Sequence record: NC_048047.1
DNA: 64,000 nt
Strand: one strand, 5' to 3'
Of the stretch, positions 61,325 through 64,000 are shown piece after piece. Each line of letters opens with the position of its first letter. Position 1 is the first letter of the stretch. The position numbers and the translations under genes were made by a program. The notes beneath the pieces are model-generated. The model ran no database searches, had not been told where the DNA came from, and worked only from the letters and a program-made list of their open reading frames with translations.

Positions 61325-61612
61325 CTAGATCAGTAGATTGGTTGACGAACCGCCATAGCCGGACTGGTGTGGCTTGATCGGGTCCTCATGCCACCAGACC
61401 CCCGCCATCATCTCATGGTCGGGACAACCGCCGGCCTTACGGACGGTGATGTCAGGCATGTGGCCCGTGCTGATGGTGATGGTCTTCTGCCGATGGCGCT
61501 TCAGGCAGTAGAAGCCCTCGTCCCAGAGCTTGCAGTTGTTGCATGGCTCCCCGTACACCTTGCTGGCGTCTGGGATGCTGTCATGGGCTTCGCTGACTCG
61601 CCGGGAGACCAT
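61325..61612 (-). CDS. Small Cys/His-rich hypothetical protein
   Basis: 'CNNC...C..RH...C..H' possible metal site. Confidence 0.45.
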   Translation of the reverse strand: MVSRRVSEAHDSIPDASKVYGEPCNNCKLWDEGFYCLKRHRQKTITISTGHMPDITVRKAGGCPDHEMMAGVWWHEDPIKPHQSGYGGSSTNLLI

Positions 61613-61827
61613 CAGGACTTCTCGTAGTTGTCGTCGACCTCATCCAGGAGTTCGCGCAACTCCCGGCGGGCTTCGTGGTTGTTCATGATCTTGAGAAGGA
61701 GCATGGCGGCGCTGTCCTGGGTGGTCTTGCCCAGCTTTTGGCTAAGCAGGTTCCCGGTCCAGGCCACCAGCGTCACGTACTTGAGGACCCCTCGGAAGGT
61801 GATCAGAGGTCTAGGAGCCGGATGCAT
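61612..61827 (-). CDS. Hypothetical protein
   Basis: 3' part of an open frame; TGATG coupling downstream. Confidence 0.45.
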   Translation of the reverse strand: MHPAPRPLITFRGVLKYVTLVAWTGNLLSQKLGKTTQDSAAMLLLKIMNNHEARRELRELLDEVDDNYEKS

Positions 61828-62542
61828 CGTCGTCCTGAGGTGGTTCGGGCTGGAAGGCCACCGCGAGCACTTCCTGGGCCTGGGCGCCGTTGAGGACGCC
61901 CTTGGCGACGGCCGCAGCCAGGGCGCGCTCGCCCAGGTGCCGCAGGCCCAGGTCGAAATAGGCTTCGACCTCGGCAGTGGCGCGGTCGCGGTACTTGCTG
62001 GCCTCTTCGGAGGCGCGTTCGACGACGTAGGGCAGGTTCGCGGTCGCCTCGCGCAGCGCCGTTTCCAGCAGCTTTTCAAGGTCGCGTAGGTCGCCCTTCT
62101 TGGGCGCGCCGCCGGCCAGGATCGTTCGACATAGGTCGCGCGCATCCTTCGTGGCTTGCAGCGCCGTCGCCGCGTCTTCGGCGATCGCCTTTGACGCCAG
62201 ATTGGCCGCGTCTTCCTTTGCGCTCGTCGGGGGTTCAGCCATGCCGACATATCGGCCTTCGCCGACCCAGCGGCGTTGAATGGTGCAGGGAACGCCCATG
62301 GTGCCCACGCCGGTGATCAGTTGTGCGAACTGCACTTCCGACAAGGCGACCTTGATGATCTCCTTGTGCCCGAAGAACCGCTGCTCAACGCCACGCGTAT
62401 AGCGCTCGGCCTCCACGACCGTGAGGGTCAGGTAGTGTCCCGTGGGCCACTCGCAGCCGACGAGATTACGTTCGCCCGAGGTGCGCAGGATTTGCACCAT
62501 CCCATAGGACTCGTGGGCTTCCCTGATTTCATCGTCGGCCAT
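61811..62542 (-). CDS. Hypothetical protein
   Basis: AAGGAG RBS; promoter upstream. Confidence 0.65.
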   Translation of the reverse strand: MADDEIREAHESYGMVQILRTSGERNLVGCEWPTGHYLTLTVVEAERYTRGVEQRFFGHKEIIKVALSEVQFAQLITGVGTMGVPCTIQRRWVGEGRYVGMAEPPTSAKEDAANLASKAIAEDAATALQATKDARDLCRTILAGGAPKKGDLRDLEKLLETALREATANLPYVVERASEEASKYRDRATAEVEAYFDLGLRHLGERALAAAVAKGVLNGAQAQEVLAVAFQPEPPQDDDASGS

Positions 62543-62636
62543 GGGGTCTCCTTTTCCGTTCGGGAGAGGTTTAGGACAGCCCTGAAAGGCTGTCAACAGT
62601 TTTCTTGCGCGTCCGCCGTCCAGGGACCAAGGACGC

Positions 62637-63044
62637 CTAGTAGTGCTTGGACAGTAGCCCACGCTGGTCCCAGATGTTAGGACGGGGCTGGTTGTAGGGA
62701 TTGCGCGGATCGTCCCAGGCCAGGGTGTACTCCAGGCCGATGAGCTTGGCGCAGTCGGCGCCGATCAGGAACCAACCCATGTCCGAGCCGTGCCGGGGCC
62801 AGCCGTCGCGCGGTTCGGGATAGGGCTCGACTTGCGCGAAAAGGTCTGTGTCATCCGGGTGGAGCGCGTAGGGTCCTCCGCCGACCGTGTGAACCACCCG
62901 GCGCGGCTGACCTTCCTTCATGTCCTTCTGGCAGCGGCAGCAGAAGTGATTGGTCTTCGGATCACGGCGGTAATCCGGCTCCATCCACACTGCCCGGTAC
63001 GGGACGTTGGGCATGAACTCCTGCACGAATGTCGCCTTAGCCAC
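62637..63044 (-). CDS. Hypothetical protein
   Basis: 'CCRC...H...GADCA' possible Zn site. Confidence 0.5.
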   Translation of the reverse strand: MAKATFVQEFMPNVPYRAVWMEPDYRRDPKTNHFCCRCQKDMKEGQPRRVVHTVGGGPYALHPDDTDLFAQVEPYPEPRDGWPRHGSDMGWFLIGADCAKLIGLEYTLAWDDPRNPYNQPRPNIWDQRGLLSKHY

Positions 63045-63342
63045 GCTGGCGGGCCTTCCAGCGCGCGTCGAGGTCTTCCTTGGTCACGAAGATGCGCTCG
63101 GCCTCGGCGCCGCCATAAGGCTGCTCACAGACGAACACCGTGCCGGGCGTCGCCAAGGCGATCTCTGTGCCGTGGTCGCCACCACCCTCCGAGCCGTACT
63201 GGCTCATGTGGTAGGGCGAGACCTCGAAGGCTTCGGCGGCCTTGGCCTTCGAGGTTGTGGCCACGTAGGCTGCGCCCTGGCGCGAATTGCCGGGGATCGC
63301 CGGGTGGTAGAAGGTGAGGCTGTAGACCTTGAGCTTGGCCAT
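63037..63342 (-). CDS. Hypothetical protein
   Basis: TGATG coupling. Confidence 0.55.
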   Translation of the reverse strand: MAKLKVYSLTFYHPAIPGNSRQGAAYVATTSKAKAAEAFEVSPYHMSQYGSEGGGDHGTEIALATPGTVFVCEQPYGGAEAERIFVTKEDLDARWKARQRG

Positions 63343-63623
63343 CAGTCGATCACCGCGATGAAGTCGCTGCGGCGCCGCTTCCAGATGGCCGGACGTTCCG
63401 AGGCTTCCAGTTCAGCCGCCACCTCGGCGGTCACCGGCAGGTAGCCGATCTTGTCCCAGGTGGTGTACTCATGGGGCGTAGGACCGGTCTGCGAGGCGGC
63501 GTAGTCCTTCAGCCACGCGTCGGCGGTCGCTTCGGTGCGCAGGATCATGAAGCCGTCCGGGCGTTGGCCCCAGCCGCTCTCATGTTCGGTGCCTACGAGA
63601 ATGAAGAGGAAGGAGTGGGTCAT
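63342..63623 (-). CDS. Hypothetical protein
   Basis: AGGAG RBS. Confidence 0.55.
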   Translation of the reverse strand: MTHSFLFILVGTEHESGWGQRPDGFMILRTEATADAWLKDYAASQTGPTPHEYTTWDKIGYLPVTAEVAAELEASERPAIWKRRRSDFIAVID

Positions 63624-63673
63624 CGGTCTTTCTCCTGGTTGTCGCTCCATTTAGGCGACTGCCTGGAGTGGTG

Positions 63674-64000
63674 TCAACTGTTTTCTAGCACTCGCCGCTC
63701 GATATAGGCGCGCATCGCCGCCGAGGAGGCATAGCGCCATGTCCAGGGCGCCTTGTCAGGATCAGCGCCGTTGAACTGGCAAAGCCACAGATAGCCGGCC
63801 TCGGTGTGCGGGAACTGCTCGGCGGCGGCCGAAAACCCGGTCAAGCGGAAACAAGCCGCGACCTCGGCGGGTGAGAGGTTTGGCGGACGCACGTGGGTCA
63901 GCTTGACCTTCACCTCCTGCGGGGCAGTCGGGGGTGGCGGCTCGACCTCGTAGCCGGCCTTGCGCAGCAGCTTGATCGCCGCTGCGATTTCGGGTGACGG
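63674..64000 (-). CDS. Hypothetical protein, 5' truncated by window edge
   Basis: Frame stays open to the window end. Confidence 0.5.
   Translation of the reverse strand, partial: PSPEIAAAIKLLRKAGYEVEPPPPTAPQEVKVKLTHVRPPNLSPAEVAACFRLTGFSAAAEQFPHTEAGYLWLCQFNGADPDKAPWTWRYASSAAMRAYIERRVLENS

Overview
A 64-kb, high-GC (roughly two-thirds by eye) segment of a large dsDNA phage. Gene content and RNA features point to a phiCbK-like phage of Caulobacter or Brevundimonas; this taxonomy is inferred, not searched. Positions 1-1400 hold the end of a lysis cassette (GH24 endolysin, putative holin, overlapped i/o-spanins). Positions 2.8-40.3 kb are mostly + strand replication, nucleotide-metabolism and repair genes: two DNA MTases, T7-like Pol A, DEDD and Cas4-like nucleases, SSB-like protein, two RNA ligases, Dda/RecD helicase, dNMP kinase, ThyX, MazG-like protein, intein-containing NrdA, NrdB-glutaredoxin fusion, dUTPase, SNF2 helicase, tyrosine recombinase, primase-helicase and DNA ligase. 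An RNA-gene island at 24.6-26.4 kb carries a circularly permuted two-piece tmRNA with an unusual tag, three tRNAs and several unassigned structured RNAs. Positions 40.4-64 kb are - strand, early-type accessory genes: an anticodon-domain-less GlyRS, NAMPT plus NMNAT-Nudix NAD salvage, XRE regulators, a TelA/vWA/TerC/TerD cluster and many small hypotheticals. Most notable: the permuted tmRNA and neighbouring unknown RNAs, a +1-frame polypeptide nested in the C5-MTase gene, a TAAG-repeat leader before the SSB gene, the minimal GlyRS, and two promoter classes, one carrying CtrA-type TTAACCAT boxes.
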